Positions 38,402 through 47,861 of a DNA stretch of 64,000 nt are shown here, one piece after another. The notes under the pieces are model-generated. The model was not told the DNA's origin, searched no databases, and was given only the letters and a program-made list of their open reading frames with translations. Location: IMG/VR virus record IMGVR_UViG_3300035101_000063. One strand, written 5' to 3'. The position numbers and the translations under genes were made by a program. Every line of letters begins with the position of its first letter. Position 1 is the stretch's first letter. This DNA is from a virus.

Positions 38402-39099
38402 TCGATACCTAAAGCATCAGATAAAACATCACATAATACTTTTTTACATCTATCATGAACTTCTTTTTCACTTCCGTTCGCATCAACAACTATTTTTTTA
38501 TTCCATGGATAAATAATTTCATCAGTTTTACCATGTGCCCCAGCTATTCTATCCCAATCGACATTAGCCCACTCTAAATACAATTCTTTTACCTTTAATT
38601 GAAATTCTATATCTTCATAAATTTCACGATGAGTATCTCTATCTTTTATTCTGCTCTGACAAATATCAACATCAGCATCTAAAATAATTGTTAAAATAGG
38701 AATAACAATTCCATCATTATCAATAAAATGATAAAACATACGCTTCATCTGCTTTATACTATCTAACATAGTATTTTGAATTCCTTGATACACAAGTGTT
38801 GAAGGATAATATCTATCGCAAATAACCCATTTCCCTTCCTCTATCTTTGGTCTTATAAAATCCTCAACATGGTCTATTCTATCTGCTCTAAACAGTAATT
38901 CCATGGCATTACCAGAAGGCTTCTCTTCTGTACCACCTAAAATCTCTCGTATTAAATATCCGATACAAGAATCAGTTGGTTCTTTTGTCCATACAACTTT
39001 ATTCTTTCCAATCAAATCTTTTAAATATTCATACATCATATATGATTGTGTTGTAGTTCCAACACCATCAATACCTTCAAATACAATAAAATTATTCAT
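38374..39099 (-). CDS. tmk: thymidylate (dTMP) kinase
   Basis: P-loop IVFEGIDGVGTTTQ plus a DRY motif (CDRYYPSTLVYQG). AGAAGAGGA SD. Confidence 0.8.
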   Translation of the reverse strand: MNNFIVFEGIDGVGTTTQSYMMYEYLKDLIGKNKVVWTKEPTDSCIGYLIREILGGTEEKPSGNAMELLFRADRIDHVEDFIRPKIEEGKWVICDRYYPSTLVYQGIQNTMLDSIKQMKRMFYHFIDNDGIVIPILTIILDADVDICQSRIKDRDTHREIYEDIEFQLKVKELYLEWANVDWDRIAGAHGKTDEIIYPWNKKIVVDANGSEKEVHDRCKKVLCDVLSDALGIDWNSLEDVK

Positions 39100-39165
39100 T
39101 AGTATCCTCTTCTAACAATAAACAACTACCCTCTTTACAACCCCAAATACCCGACAAAAAACCAC

Positions 39166-39735
39166 TCATTTCAAACTCCATCTCCATAACAGTATATTCT
39201 GTTTCTCATATCCAAGCTTATCAACTAAAATTTTCTCAACATTATCTCTTGTTTTGTTATGAATTTTTATCTTTGACAAATTTCTACTTAACCAATCTGT
39301 CATATCCCAATCACCAGTATATGCACGTCCAGACCCCATCCAATCTGCCACCATTTCTAACACATATCTTTCTGGCATTGGCAATATTGTATTAGGTTCA
39401 TTATTACCACCTGGTGTTATCCAATATTCCCAATGATGAGGATTATTATGAATATGATGATTCCAAGCAGCCAACCATTCAGGATCATCTTTAATCTCAC
39501 CACCAAATCTCCTTACATACCAAGGAAACTCTTCATCCATACTTTTTGAATTATCATGAATCAGCACAAGTGATTTATCCACACCAAGTTTATCAGCAGC
39601 CTGCCGATAATATCTTAAATGTGATGCAAATGAATCAGTATACTTTTCAACCCATTCCGGCTTAATCTCAGGTTTAACCACAACTACTCTCCTTATTATA
39701 TATATTAATAAACAATCAATTCCAATATTGAACAT
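39166..39735 (-). CDS. possible HD-domain phosphohydrolase (nucleotide metabolism)
   Basis: VLIHDNSK (HD motif) and several His clusters. The start overlaps the upstream gene, so the true start may be internal. Confidence 0.35.
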   Translation of the reverse strand: MFNIGIDCLLIYIIRRVVVVKPEIKPEWVEKYTDSFASHLRYYRQAADKLGVDKSLVLIHDNSKSMDEEFPWYVRRFGGEIKDDPEWLAAWNHHIHNNPHHWEYWITPGGNNEPNTILPMPERYVLEMVADWMGSGRAYTGDWDMTDWLSRNLSKIKIHNKTRDNVEKILVDKLGYEKQNILLWRWSLK

Positions 39736-40019
39736 ATACCATTTAAAGCATACATATCACTAAGAGAATCATAATTAATATTTCCATGAATCTTTTCTCC
39801 TAATATTTCTTCAATAACACTAGCAATTTTTTTACCTCTTTCATTTGGGTCAACATTCTTAATAGATTCAATCATATTAAACACATCAACATGTTCTTTT
39901 TCAATATGACACATCATATCCTCTATATCTTTAGCCATATAATCACATTTTATACATTTAATTTTACTCATAATTTCAATCATCATTCTCACCATCCTTT
40001 TGATCCAGACCCAATCCAA
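39705..40019 (-). CDS. small zinc-finger protein
   Basis: CIKCDY ... H ... H. Confidence 0.35.
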   Translation of the reverse strand: MDWVWIKRMVRMMIEIMSKIKCIKCDYMAKDIEDMMCHIEKEHVDVFNMIESIKNVDPNERGKKIASVIEEILGEKIHGNINYDSLSDMYALNGICSILELIVY

Positions 40020-40284
40020 ATGATTGTGTTCGAGAATGCCATACTCTTTTCAGAAAATCTTCAATTATACCTACTATCTCATCAACACTTTCAAAAGCCC
40101 ATCTTTTCGTAGATAAAACATAATACATTCCGCAACCTGCATCATCTGTCTTCAATTCCAATTCCTGACATGTTTCATTGCTACAAGAATCTGCATCTTG
40201 AGTATAAATTGCAGATAAACTAAACAACTCAACACTATCATTACTTTTTTTAACTATAGATAACTTACTGTCATCTTCACTCAC
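39976..40284 (-). CDS. hypothetical protein
   Basis: Tiled ORF. Confidence 0.35.
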   Translation of the reverse strand: MSEDDSKLSIVKKSNDSVELFSLSAIYTQDADSCSNETCQELELKTDDAGCGMYYVLSTKRWAFESVDEIVGIIEDFLKRVWHSRTQSFGLGLDQKDGENDD

Positions 40285-40545
40285 TTAATTACCTCCATTA
40301 ATACACATACACCATGCATTAGCTATTTTTTTTGCACTATCTTTACTTGTCTTAAATTCAGTTTTAATTAATCCAGTAATTTTAAAATTCCAAAATATAG
40401 ATACATCAGATGAATCAGACGCACAATTTTCATGAATACTTATTCTATAAATTAATGTAAAATCAATAAAATGAAAATCACCAATAGTATCTTTAAAACT
40501 AAATATTCTTGTTGGTTTTTCATGTTCTTCATAAAAAACAGCCAT
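40285..40545 (-). CDS. hypothetical protein
   Basis: Tiled ORF. Confidence 0.35.
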   Translation of the reverse strand: MAVFYEEHEKPTRIFSFKDTIGDFHFIDFTLIYRISIHENCASDSSDVSIFWNFKITGLIKTEFKTSKDSAKKIANAWCMCINGGN

Positions 40546-40624
40546 CTTATAACCTCATCTTACTTTCTCAATCCTGTTTACATCAAGTAATGAACATTCA
40601 TCTATTTTCCAAGATATAATTACT

Positions 40625-40960
40625 TTATTCTTTACCATCAACTCTTTCTCCAGTATTAGTAAGCAACTGAATACATCTATCATCCCATAATTCAATCATA
40701 TTCAAATCTTTATCAGCTCTAGTCTTTAACGATTTTCCAAAGACTCTTTTAGTCCACAAATTAATTGCCAATTCAGATTCAACCTTACCAGGATTATCCT
40801 TATGAACTCTAGCTGTTAAAATCTGAACATCCTTTCCATCCTTAGGCCATCTTTTTACTCTATCAACCATTTTAGAAATAGGCTTACCTATATGAGAAGG
40901 ACCACGCCATTTATCATATTCAGCCAATGTTCCATCCAAATCAACACCTATCCATTCCAT
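40625..40960 (-). CDS. small HAD-superfamily phosphatase-like protein
   Basis: Motif I GVDLDGTL. AGGAGG SD. The palindrome lies 20 nt upstream. Confidence 0.45.
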   Translation of the reverse strand: MEWIGVDLDGTLAEYDKWRGPSHIGKPISKMVDRVKRWPKDGKDVQILTARVHKDNPGKVESELAINLWTKRVFGKSLKTRADKDLNMIELWDDRCIQLLTNTGERVDGKE

Positions 40961-40975
40961 TTTATATATCCTCCT

Positions 40976-41293
40976 TTACAACGAACTCGAGTTCGCAATA
41001 CTCCTGTTCCAAACATTCAAAGCTGACAATTCAGAATCCAAACTAATTCTTTCAAAATCCTTCAAATCTTCATTACTGCATACTAAACCATCACGTTCAC
41101 TTATCCACTCTTCGGGTGCGTCAAGAAATTTAGGTTCAATATCATACATAATAGCTTCAGCTAAAATTAAACCATTAGCATAACCATGATTATATGGGTC
41201 ATAATTCCAATTTCCATCAGAAGATTGAACAGCAACATTTGCACGTAATACTTCTAATTTTTCTTTATACATATCACTCTCCTTCATTAACAA
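40976..41293 (-). CDS. hypothetical protein
   Basis: Tiled ORF. Its last five codons (ANSSS) are encoded by the palindrome. Confidence 0.4.
   Translation of the reverse strand: MLMKESDMYKEKLEVLRANVAVQSSDGNWNYDPYNHGYANGLILAEAIMYDIEPKFLDAPEEWISERDGLVCSNEDLKDFERISLDSELSALNVWNRSIANSSSL
40981..40996. repeat. 16-bp palindrome (copy 8; 15/16)
   Basis: Followed by TAA-AGGAGG, with the ATG at 40960. Confidence 0.9.
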
Positions 41294-41483
41294 ATGGTAT
41301 TACATGATTTAAACATACCATTCCAAGCCACTCACCTCCAACAACAGACAAAAAACTAAATCCTGATTTACCTATCCATCTAACTATAAATTCATCATCA
41401 GAATTTTTTAATATTTCTACTATCTCCCACTTACATGAAGCATCAACACGCCACCACCAATATCCTGGTCTATCTGGTCTCAT
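41274..41483 (-). CDS. MRP-x-YWW family small protein (paralogue of 43040..43225)
   Basis: Shared N-terminus MRPxxxxYWW. Confidence 0.4.
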   Translation of the reverse strand: MRPDRPGYWWWRVDASCKWEIVEILKNSDDEFIVRWIGKSGFSFLSVVGGEWLGMVCLNHVIPFVNEGE

Positions 41484-41527
41484 TTATTATTTCATCACCT
41501 ATTCAGTTTTTGACCCCATTCTGCTAA

Positions 41528-41839
41528 TCATTTTTTGGTATCAAAAATGTTATCCCACCAATCTTTCTCAGGCTCATTTGGTCTATTTTTATTTTTTACT
41601 TCAGTATTTTTTACTTCAGTATCTTCTACTTCAGTATCTTCTACTTCAGTAATTGTTTCACGCCAATTACTAACTCTAGCAGACTCACAAAAAACATCAT
41701 CTTCTACTTCAAAGTATGATCCATGAAGAGAAGGATGAGGAAATTCACCAAATGAATAAACGGTACCGTCACTTTCTACCGCTACAAACTTCGCTTCATC
41801 TTTTACTTCTACTTCTATTGTAATTTTAACTTTCTTCAT
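41528..41839 (-). CDS. MKxVKITIEV family small protein (paralogue of 42536..42754) with a TEVED/TEVKN repeat tail
   Basis: Shared N-terminus MKKVKITIEVEVKDEAKFVAVESDGTVYSF. Confidence 0.4.
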   Translation of the reverse strand: MKKVKITIEVEVKDEAKFVAVESDGTVYSFGEFPHPSLHGSYFEVEDDVFCESARVSNWRETITEVEDTEVEDTEVKNTEVKNKNRPNEPEKDWWDNIFDTKK

Positions 41840-42152
41840 ATCTTCCCCTCTTTACAATCAAACCAGACCCAATATTTTTTTCACAAGACTCTAATGCTAA
41901 ATTTTTACATGATTCACATAAAAACACATTATCATGAGATTCCCAATAACTTAAAAATATATTGTCTTCATTTTTAAACAATCTAGAACACATAAAACAA
42001 TAAGATTGCAGATCTCCACTACGTGAATGTTCATGGTCATCTCTATACTCACCAAAAGAACTAAATGGTTTTTCTATAACAGTAATCAAAACTACCTTAG
42101 ATGTTTTAACTTCCGTCAATATTCCAGTTTCAACATGAAATTCTTTTGTCAT
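41826..42152 (-). CDS. Cys-containing hypothetical protein
   Basis: Tiled ORF. Confidence 0.4.
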   Translation of the reverse strand: MTKEFHVETGILTEVKTSKVVLITVIEKPFSSFGEYRDDHEHSRSGDLQSYCFMCSRLFKNEDNIFLSYWESHDNVFLCESCKNLALESCEKNIGSGLIVKRGRYEES

Positions 42153-42532
42153 ATCGTATCCATACCTCCAGTAAAATCAGGCAAAGGGTCTCCATCAAGA
42201 CAACAAAACAAATGAAGACAATTTGGATGTATATTCACATGTTTTGATTTTTCAGGAAGCACCATAATAGCTTTATGGTCATCTCCAACCCAATGCCTCT
42301 TCACATATGTTAGTTCATCATAGGTAATAATTCTTTTTCGATGAGATACTGAAACATGGTACCACCATTTACCATCACCATATCCATTAGAATACGATAT
42401 TATCACTCTCATCTGCTTTTTCTCATTATCCCATACCCCATGATAGAAAGCAGATAAACCATCAACACGTCTTCTCCAACCTGGTGGTGGTTCTTTACCA
42501 GTCAACGGTAAAAATTCATCTATATTAGCCAT
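42149..42532 (-). CDS. hypothetical protein
   Basis: Tiled ORF. Confidence 0.4.
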   Translation of the reverse strand: MANIDEFLPLTGKEPPPGWRRRVDGLSAFYHGVWDNEKKQMRVIISYSNGYGDGKWWYHVSVSHRKRIITYDELTYVKRHWVGDDHKAIMVLPEKSKHVNIHPNCLHLFCCLDGDPLPDFTGGMDTI

Positions 42533-42535
42533 ATT

Positions 42536-42754
42536 TTATTCAACTTTCGTCAACGTATCTCTCCAATTATAAACTTCCCTTTTAGAAAATTTTTCTGATT
42601 CTTCAATACCACCATCAATATCCCATACACTTTCGTTAGAAAACGCAACTGGTTTAACACTTGAATAAGCATATACATACCCATTCTTGTCAACAGCTAC
42701 AAACTTAGTTTTATTAGGTACTTTAACTTCAATTGTTATTTTTACAGTTTTCAT
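42536..42754 (-). CDS. MKxVKITIEV family small protein
   Basis: Paralogue of 41528..41839. Confidence 0.4.
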   Translation of the reverse strand: MKTVKITIEVKVPNKTKFVAVDKNGYVYAYSSVKPVAFSNESVWDIDGGIEESEKFSKREVYNWRDTLTKVE

Positions 42755-42760
42755 AATTCA

Positions 42761-43027
42761 TTAATGGCACTCACAAAGCCCCCCATTATAAGCATAAGGT
42801 CCATTCTTCCCTATTGGGTCATCATGTCCATAATGTTGTCCTGGCACCCCATACCACCCTTCTCCATCCCCACAACAATCACAAACCGACATATCAGTAT
42901 CTTCATGTTCTGATATCCACTTCAAAACCCCTTCTACATTTTCAGAATGAAATTCTTCTGGGTCACACCTTTCATCCCAATTTATAAATCCAGTACCATC
43001 ACATCTTGTGCATATCATCAATATCAC
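42761..43027 (-). CDS. Cys-rich putative metal-binding protein
   Basis: CTRCDGTG ... CDCCGDGEG ... CECH. Confidence 0.4.
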   Translation of the reverse strand: MILMICTRCDGTGFINWDERCDPEEFHSENVEGVLKWISEHEDTDMSVCDCCGDGEGWYGVPGQHYGHDDPIGKNGPYAYNGGLCECH

Positions 43028-43039
43028 CTTTCTATCAAT

Positions 43040-43225
43040 CTATACATGCTTAGGCGGATATGCCAAATCTAACCACCTAACAAAAACAGGATCATTCTCT
43101 ATACATAAAACTTGCTTCTCTCTTGTTTTATCAGATAACCCCCTTAAATCTGCTATCTCAAAATTACCATATCTACTATTTGGCTTTATTTCATACCACC
43201 AATATTCTGATTTATATGGTCTCAT
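43040..43225 (-). CDS. MRP-x-YWW family small protein
   Basis: Paralogue of 41274..41483. It is the first gene after a sigmaA promoter. Confidence 0.4.
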   Translation of the reverse strand: MRPYKSEYWWYEIKPNSRYGNFEIADLRGLSDKTREKQVLCIENDPVFVRWLDLAYPPKHV

Positions 43226-43277
43226 TTTTGTTTCATTTCCTATCCATGTAAGATCGCCCTACAGATCTAACATTAAT

Positions 43278-43305
43278 ATATTACAGCATATTCATGTTTT
43301 GTCAA
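43278..43305 (-). promoter_or_regulatory. sigmaA-type promoter: TTGACA, 16-nt spacer, TAATAT
   Basis: The -35 is at 43305-43300. It lies upstream of the 43040..43225 block. Confidence 0.55.
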
Positions 43306-44005
43306 CAACATGTTTCATAATCACTTCTCTCATAGTTTTATCTTTTAATTCCGACCATTTATTTATAAGTTCATCAGGCAAATCATCAAAAAGATCATCA
43401 AAAATAGCAGGATATTTATCACGACACTGCAACAAAATCTCTATCATTATACTCCTAATTATAGGGTGAGCATATTTATCACACCTCATCTTAAAAATAT
43501 GCCTCCATTCCCTTGGATTTGCCCCAATAACAATCTCAGTCTTTAACCCTATCGGAAGAACCGACCTAGCTATTTGTGGCTTAGCACCAATTTTTATCAA
43601 AGTCATATAATGTCTTTCAGCATCAGCCATTGCTACAGACCATATGACTCTCTGTTCCTCTGTCAATCCTGGAGGTTCTATTACAGAAATTTCAGAATCA
43701 AATCTTTCAGAATTGTAATTGCACCATCGTGTCGATTCCTGTGCAAAGGAAGCCAATCTATGCCTTACCAATTCATGACTCAAACCTCGGTCCGCAATAA
43801 TCCTTGCCATTATATAACCAAATTCAAGCATAGCATGGTGACCACTTTTTCTGAGTTTCCTAATCAGTTTATCCGCTGTTCCTTCACCAATTTTCCCTTC
43901 ACTTTTGTAACAAGTTCTTGCTGCTTTCTCAATTCCTTCCTCTAATGTTCCACTATCTTCAGGAGCCCAAAATATAACTTCAAATGATGGTTCTACAATT
44001 TTCAT
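43292..44005 (-). CDS. thyX: flavin-dependent thymidylate synthase ThyX
   Basis: ThyX signature RHRLASFAQESTRW (RHR-x7-S). 237 aa. GGAAAGGAAG SD. Confidence 0.85.
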   Translation of the reverse strand: MKIVEPSFEVIFWAPEDSGTLEEGIEKAARTCYKSEGKIGEGTADKLIRKLRKSGHHAMLEFGYIMARIIADRGLSHELVRHRLASFAQESTRWCNYNSERFDSEISVIEPPGLTEEQRVIWSVAMADAERHYMTLIKIGAKPQIARSVLPIGLKTEIVIGANPREWRHIFKMRCDKYAHPIIRSIMIEILLQCRDKYPAIFDDLFDDLPDELINKWSELKDKTMREVIMKHVVDKT

Positions 44006-44307
44006 TTTTTATCTTCCTTTCCACTCCAACCTTTTCTAATCACAACTTTTTCACAAATATCTCTATATCCTTTTTGTCTCAATATAGAATACACTTTCAA
44101 ACTTTTCTTTCTAAATTCTTCTTTTGATATATCACCCAAAAACTTTGATGGATAAAGCGTCATTTCAATATAATAATCTGGATCATCATCATAATGAGTT
44201 GCTGGACCAATCACTGATTCAATCAATATCCTAGGATTACCAAATACTTCACGAATTATTGCTATACATTTATCAAGATCTTTAAATTTTTCTTTCATTC
44301 TTTTCAA
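44002..44307 (-). CDS. hypothetical protein
   Basis: 4-nt overlap with thyX. Confidence 0.4.
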   Translation of the reverse strand: MKRMKEKFKDLDKCIAIIREVFGNPRILIESVIGPATHYDDDPDYYIEMTLYPSKFLGDISKEEFRKKSLKVYSILRQKGYRDICEKVVIRKGWSGKEDKK

Positions 44308-44830
44308 TCCATTTTTTCAAATCAACTTCCTCTTCATAAACACAATCACAAGCCCAAACCTCATATTCTGATATTACGACATCAACAAATTCTTTTGCTG
44401 CCTTTTTCATTTTATCAGAAGGTTCTGTCCATCCACTATCTGGATCTCCAAAATCTTCATCTAACCATATCAAAAAATCTTCTAAAACACCTGTTCCATC
44501 ATCATGTATTTCAGAACGAGCAAAGCCAAAAACCTTTATCTTATCTGGTTTTTCTCCACACTCAAACGCTTCAAGATAATATCGTATAGCTTCATCTTTA
44601 TCACTACAAACAATCCGCTCTTCATTTTTATTACATGACCAACCAACTATTTCTCTGTCACCAATAACATCTTCATCATAATTACACATTATTTCCCCTC
44701 CATATCTCATTCTTATGCCTGAAGTTTTGTTATGCTTACATTTTTTACATGTAATAGAACCAACCATAACTTCTTTATTCTTCTTACATGGTACATCCAA
44801 AAAATCATAATTAAACTTTATTGTCTGCAT
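44282..44830 (-). CDS. Cys-rich hypothetical protein
   Basis: Tiled ORF. Confidence 0.4.
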   Translation of the reverse strand: MQTIKFNYDFLDVPCKKNKEVMVGSITCKKCKHNKTSGIRMRYGGEIMCNYDEDVIGDREIVGWSCNKNEERIVCSDKDEAIRYYLEAFECGEKPDKIKVFGFARSEIHDDGTGVLEDFLIWLDEDFGDPDSGWTEPSDKMKKAAKEFVDVVISEYEVWACDCVYEEEVDLKKWIEKNERKI

Positions 44831-45158
44831 TACTATTCCTATCTTTCATCTCTTCAACATACAATTCTTCTTGCCTAATGGCTTTACCAACCCAAAAAAC
44901 AGCTTCCCAACCATGAATCTCATAAATATCCTTCAATCCACCTTTGCCCTTCCATCTATCAGGAAGTTGTTTTTCCCCATATCCCTTCCTAATAAGGTCA
45001 AAAATCAATTTATTTTTCTCACTATCCTCACTATCATCAATTTTCATAACAATATCCATAATATCTGAATGTTCAGACATTAAATGGTCATCATATTCAT
45101 CACCTAAACTAAACCATTTATCACAAATTATACATTCACCATAATTATCAATTTTCAT
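44811..45158 (-). CDS. hypothetical protein with an N-terminal C2H2-like finger
   Basis: CIICDKWFSLGDEYDDHLMSEH. Confidence 0.4.
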   Translation of the reverse strand: MKIDNYGECIICDKWFSLGDEYDDHLMSEHSDIMDIVMKIDDSEDSEKNKLIFDLIRKGYGEKQLPDRWKGKGGLKDIYEIHGWEAVFWVGKAIRQEELYVEEMKDRNSNADNKV

Positions 45159-45183
45159 TTCTTAACCTTTCATATATTCTTTA

Positions 45184-45477
45184 TTATGCTCTTCCATTAA
45201 CTCTTTCGAAATCTATATGTTCTGACCAATCTGTCTCTGAAACACCATTTATTAATGCTATTGAATACGTAAGTACTTGCAACATAATAGTTGCACTATT
45301 AATATTTCCTAACGATATAAAAAATGAAGGTTCTTTTTTATCTTCTTCTTCTGTTGGCTTTGACCCAATCTTATGACTATTATCAAACTTAACAAATGCA
45401 ATTCCTATATCTTTAGTATCATTATCTCTTGCAACCTTAACAAGATATTTTCCTTCACCTAATTTTATTTTATTCAT
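45184..45477 (-). CDS. hypothetical protein
   Basis: Tiled ORF. Confidence 0.4.
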   Translation of the reverse strand: MNKIKLGEGKYLVKVARDNDTKDIGIAFVKFDNSHKIGSKPTEEEDKKEPSFFISLGNINSATIMLQVLTYSIALINGVSETDWSEHIDFERVNGRA

Positions 45478-45488
45478 TTCTTTTCTCC

Positions 45489-45692
45489 TTAAAAAAACGG
45501 TGACCGTGGATTCTTCTTTTCCATTTCAAATTTTGCTGCTCTTTGTGCAGCCATAAATTTCTTATCTAATTGAGGATGATAATCAACCGTAATAGCATAA
45601 ACAGGATTTTGTATAGAAGAATAAGTAGCATACCAATGAAGAAGATATGTAGAATCAGCACATCCAGACCAAACAACAACCCGTCTCGACAT
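45489..45692 (-). CDS. hypothetical protein
   Basis: ATG at 45692 with an AAAGAGG SD directly after the palindrome. The longer ORF to 45731 would translate the palindrome. Confidence 0.35.
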   Translation of the reverse strand: MSRRVVVWSGCADSTYLLHWYATYSSIQNPVYAITVDYHPQLDKKFMAAQRAAKFEMEKKNPRSPFF

Positions 45693-45704
45693 AACAACCT
45701 CTTT

Positions 45705-45720
45705 GCGAACTCGAGTTCGC
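45705..45720. repeat. 16-bp palindrome (copy 9)
   Basis: Exact match, 12 nt upstream of the ATG at 45692. Confidence 0.95.
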
Positions 45721-45723
45721 CAA

Positions 45724-45999
45724 CTAATCAACTACCAATTTCTTTATCTCTAATATATTAGAAATAGCAATCGGTATCTCAAAAAATCCTTTCCCAATTT
45801 CAACAACACCTAATATCCATTCTTCTTTAGAATCAAAACCTATACTTCCCTTAAAAAGCCTAGTTACCAAAACTTTCCTATCTAAAAGACCCTTATAATT
45901 AATTGTAACAAATTCACCAACAAATTCTTCAATTTGTTCTTTTGTAAAGATATCTCTATGCTTAATCTTCATATAACTTTTCCTTATATTCACCATCAA
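45724..45999 (-). CDS. hypothetical protein
   Basis: Tiled ORF. Confidence 0.35.
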   Translation of the reverse strand: MMVNIRKSYMKIKHRDIFTKEQIEEFVGEFVTINYKGLLDRKVLVTRLFKGSIGFDSKEEWILGVVEIGKGFFEIPIAISNILEIKKLVVD

Positions 46000-46186
46000 C
46001 TAATGACATCGTTGAAATACATTTACCCCTGTTATCCAAAAAACCTATTGTTTCTCCCCTATTCAACGCATCTTCCGCTTCTTGACATTTACCTTCTTCA
46101 ACTGCAACAACCCTACCTTTGGAATCTCTTTCCATTATTATTCCTTCCACCCAACATCTAAACATCCATCTTTTCACTTCTATCAT
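45962..46186 (-). CDS. hypothetical protein
   Basis: Tiled ORF. Confidence 0.35.
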   Translation of the reverse strand: MIEVKRWMFRCWVEGIIMERDSKGRVVAVEEGKCQEAEDALNRGETIGFLDNRGKCISTMSLVDGEYKEKLYED

Positions 46187-46206
46187 AACTCAATCTTCCA
46201 TAATTA

Positions 46207-46767
46207 TTACAACAAACGACAAAACTCAATTCCAGCCATATCAAAAACAAATTTTGCTTCTTCACCATGATAATCATCTAAATAATATACTTGCTTAACC
46301 CCACCAAGTTGTACAAATCTTTTTGCACACATCTTACAAGGAAAAACCGTAACAAAAACTATTTTCTTTGTACTCCTTGGCTCAACACAAGAAATACAAG
46401 CATTTTCCTCAGCATGAATGCATCCACACCCTGAGGAAACATTTGGTGCATCACACTTATTGGGCAACCCAGAAGCATTACCATTATATCCAACAGCAAG
46501 AATCCTTCTAAAATCACTAGAAGATATTACACAACCTACTTGTCTCCTAGAACAAGTAGACCGTTTAGAAATATCAATCGCAAGATTCATATATATTTTT
46601 TGAAAACTGGGTCTATCTTTATCCAAAACATGCAATTTTACATCATAAGCCTTTGCTCCACACATTAAACATTCTTTTCGACCTATATTATCATCTGTAT
46701 AACCACAATTATCACAAACACCAGTTAATGAATCAAATGCTTTAGACATATCTTCCAATTTATTCAT
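46207..46767 (-). CDS. dCMP deaminase (zinc-dependent cytidine/deoxycytidylate deaminase family)
   Basis: CIHAEENACISC (H-A-E ... C) and PCKMCAKRFVQLGGVKQVYY (C-x2-C). About 190 aa. GTG at 46782 is an alternative start. Confidence 0.8.
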   Translation of the reverse strand: MNKLEDMSKAFDSLTGVCDNCGYTDDNIGRKECLMCGAKAYDVKLHVLDKDRPSFQKIYMNLAIDISKRSTCSRRQVGCVISSSDFRRILAVGYNGNASGLPNKCDAPNVSSGCGCIHAEENACISCVEPRSTKKIVFVTVFPCKMCAKRFVQLGGVKQVYYLDDYHGEEAKFVFDMAGIEFCRLL

Positions 46768-46768
46768 A

Positions 46769-47092
46769 TCAATACCTAACACACATCAAACTATCCATTA
46801 CCTCTTGTCTTTTGTTTATATATTCAATAAAATCTTTTCCACCATTAACTTTACTTCTAACCAAAAGAATTGCTGCTTTTTTCTCTAAATTCTTTAACAC
46901 CAATCCATAATTACCTTCAACAATTCTTCTTTCAACCATTCTATAATTCAATATCGAAATAGTTGTTACCCATAATGCTAAATATGTATTTTTTTCTTTT
47001 GTACTACCAATCAAAAAACTCAACCCACCAATATCCCATTTCCAAAAACCATCTTTCATCATTACAAATCTATTCACAACAAGACTCATCAA
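46769..47092 (-). CDS. hypothetical protein
   Basis: Tiled ORF. Confidence 0.35.
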   Translation of the reverse strand: MMSLVVNRFVMMKDGFWKWDIGGLSFLIGSTKEKNTYLALWVTTISILNYRMVERRIVEGNYGLVLKNLEKKAAILLVRSKVNGGKDFIEYINKRQEVMDSLMCVRY

Positions 47093-47333
47093 TGGTAACT
47101 AAAGACCCTTTTTTATCTTTACACTGTGATTCCAAAAGAATCTTTGACTTTGACACAGTACCTTTTTTACATCTGTGTTTCTTCAAGTCCTCAAGCAAAA
47201 ATCCACAAATAGCTTGATATGCTGATGGTTCATCAGTATATGACCCCTTCAACCTCTCCTTCCACACATCAATAACTCTATGTATTTCTTCTATCTCTAC
47301 AACTATATATCTTTTGTCTTTGCAACAACTCAT
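47070..47333 (-). CDS. Cys-containing hypothetical protein
   Basis: Tiled ORF. Confidence 0.35.
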   Translation of the reverse strand: MSCCKDKRYIVVEIEEIHRVIDVWKERLKGSYTDEPSAYQAICGFLLEDLKKHRCKKGTVSKSKILLESQCKDKKGSLVTIDESCCE

Positions 47334-47626
47334 TTTCTATTCCTCCAATTCAATTCAAACCATGGACAAGAAATAACACCTTTTATTATCAATTGTTCAT
47401 TTGTTATCATACCACTACTTTTACTGCCAGGACGAGAACCCAAATCAACCCATCCCATAGCAACAACATTACCTATTATTTTATTCAAATCATCTTTATT
47501 ATAACAAATAACACCTCTAATACCACTCAAAATATTACAACCCACATATCCTTCTTTTTCTAAATCTTCAGATGCAACCCTCCTTACACTTTCACATGTC
47601 ATACAATAATTATTATCAACCATCAT
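47330..47626 (-). CDS. hypothetical protein
   Basis: Tiled ORF. Confidence 0.35.
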   Translation of the reverse strand: MMVDNNYCMTCESVRRVASEDLEKEGYVGCNILSGIRGVICYNKDDLNKIIGNVVAMGWVDLGSRPGSKSSGMITNEQLIIKGVISCPWFELNWRNRK

Positions 47627-47861
47627 CTTCTTCCCATCTACCAGTATATGGGTCTATCAATTTAACATCATCTGATAAATCACGAAAAGATTCATCTCCT
47701 TCGTTATAAATACACAAAAATGCACCTACCATTTCACACATCTCAGCAAGTCTATCTTTGCTTATTTCAATCCTCTCATTATCTATTGACTCAGATTGCT
47801 CAAACAAACCATTATATGCTCTTGCTAAATTTATCCTTATACCATTAAAATTCACATGCAT
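47616..47861 (-). CDS. hypothetical protein
   Basis: Tiled ORF. Confidence 0.35.
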   Translation of the reverse strand: MHVNFNGIRINLARAYNGLFEQSESIDNERIEISKDRLAEMCEMVGAFLCIYNEGDESFRDLSDDVKLIDPYTGRWEEDDG

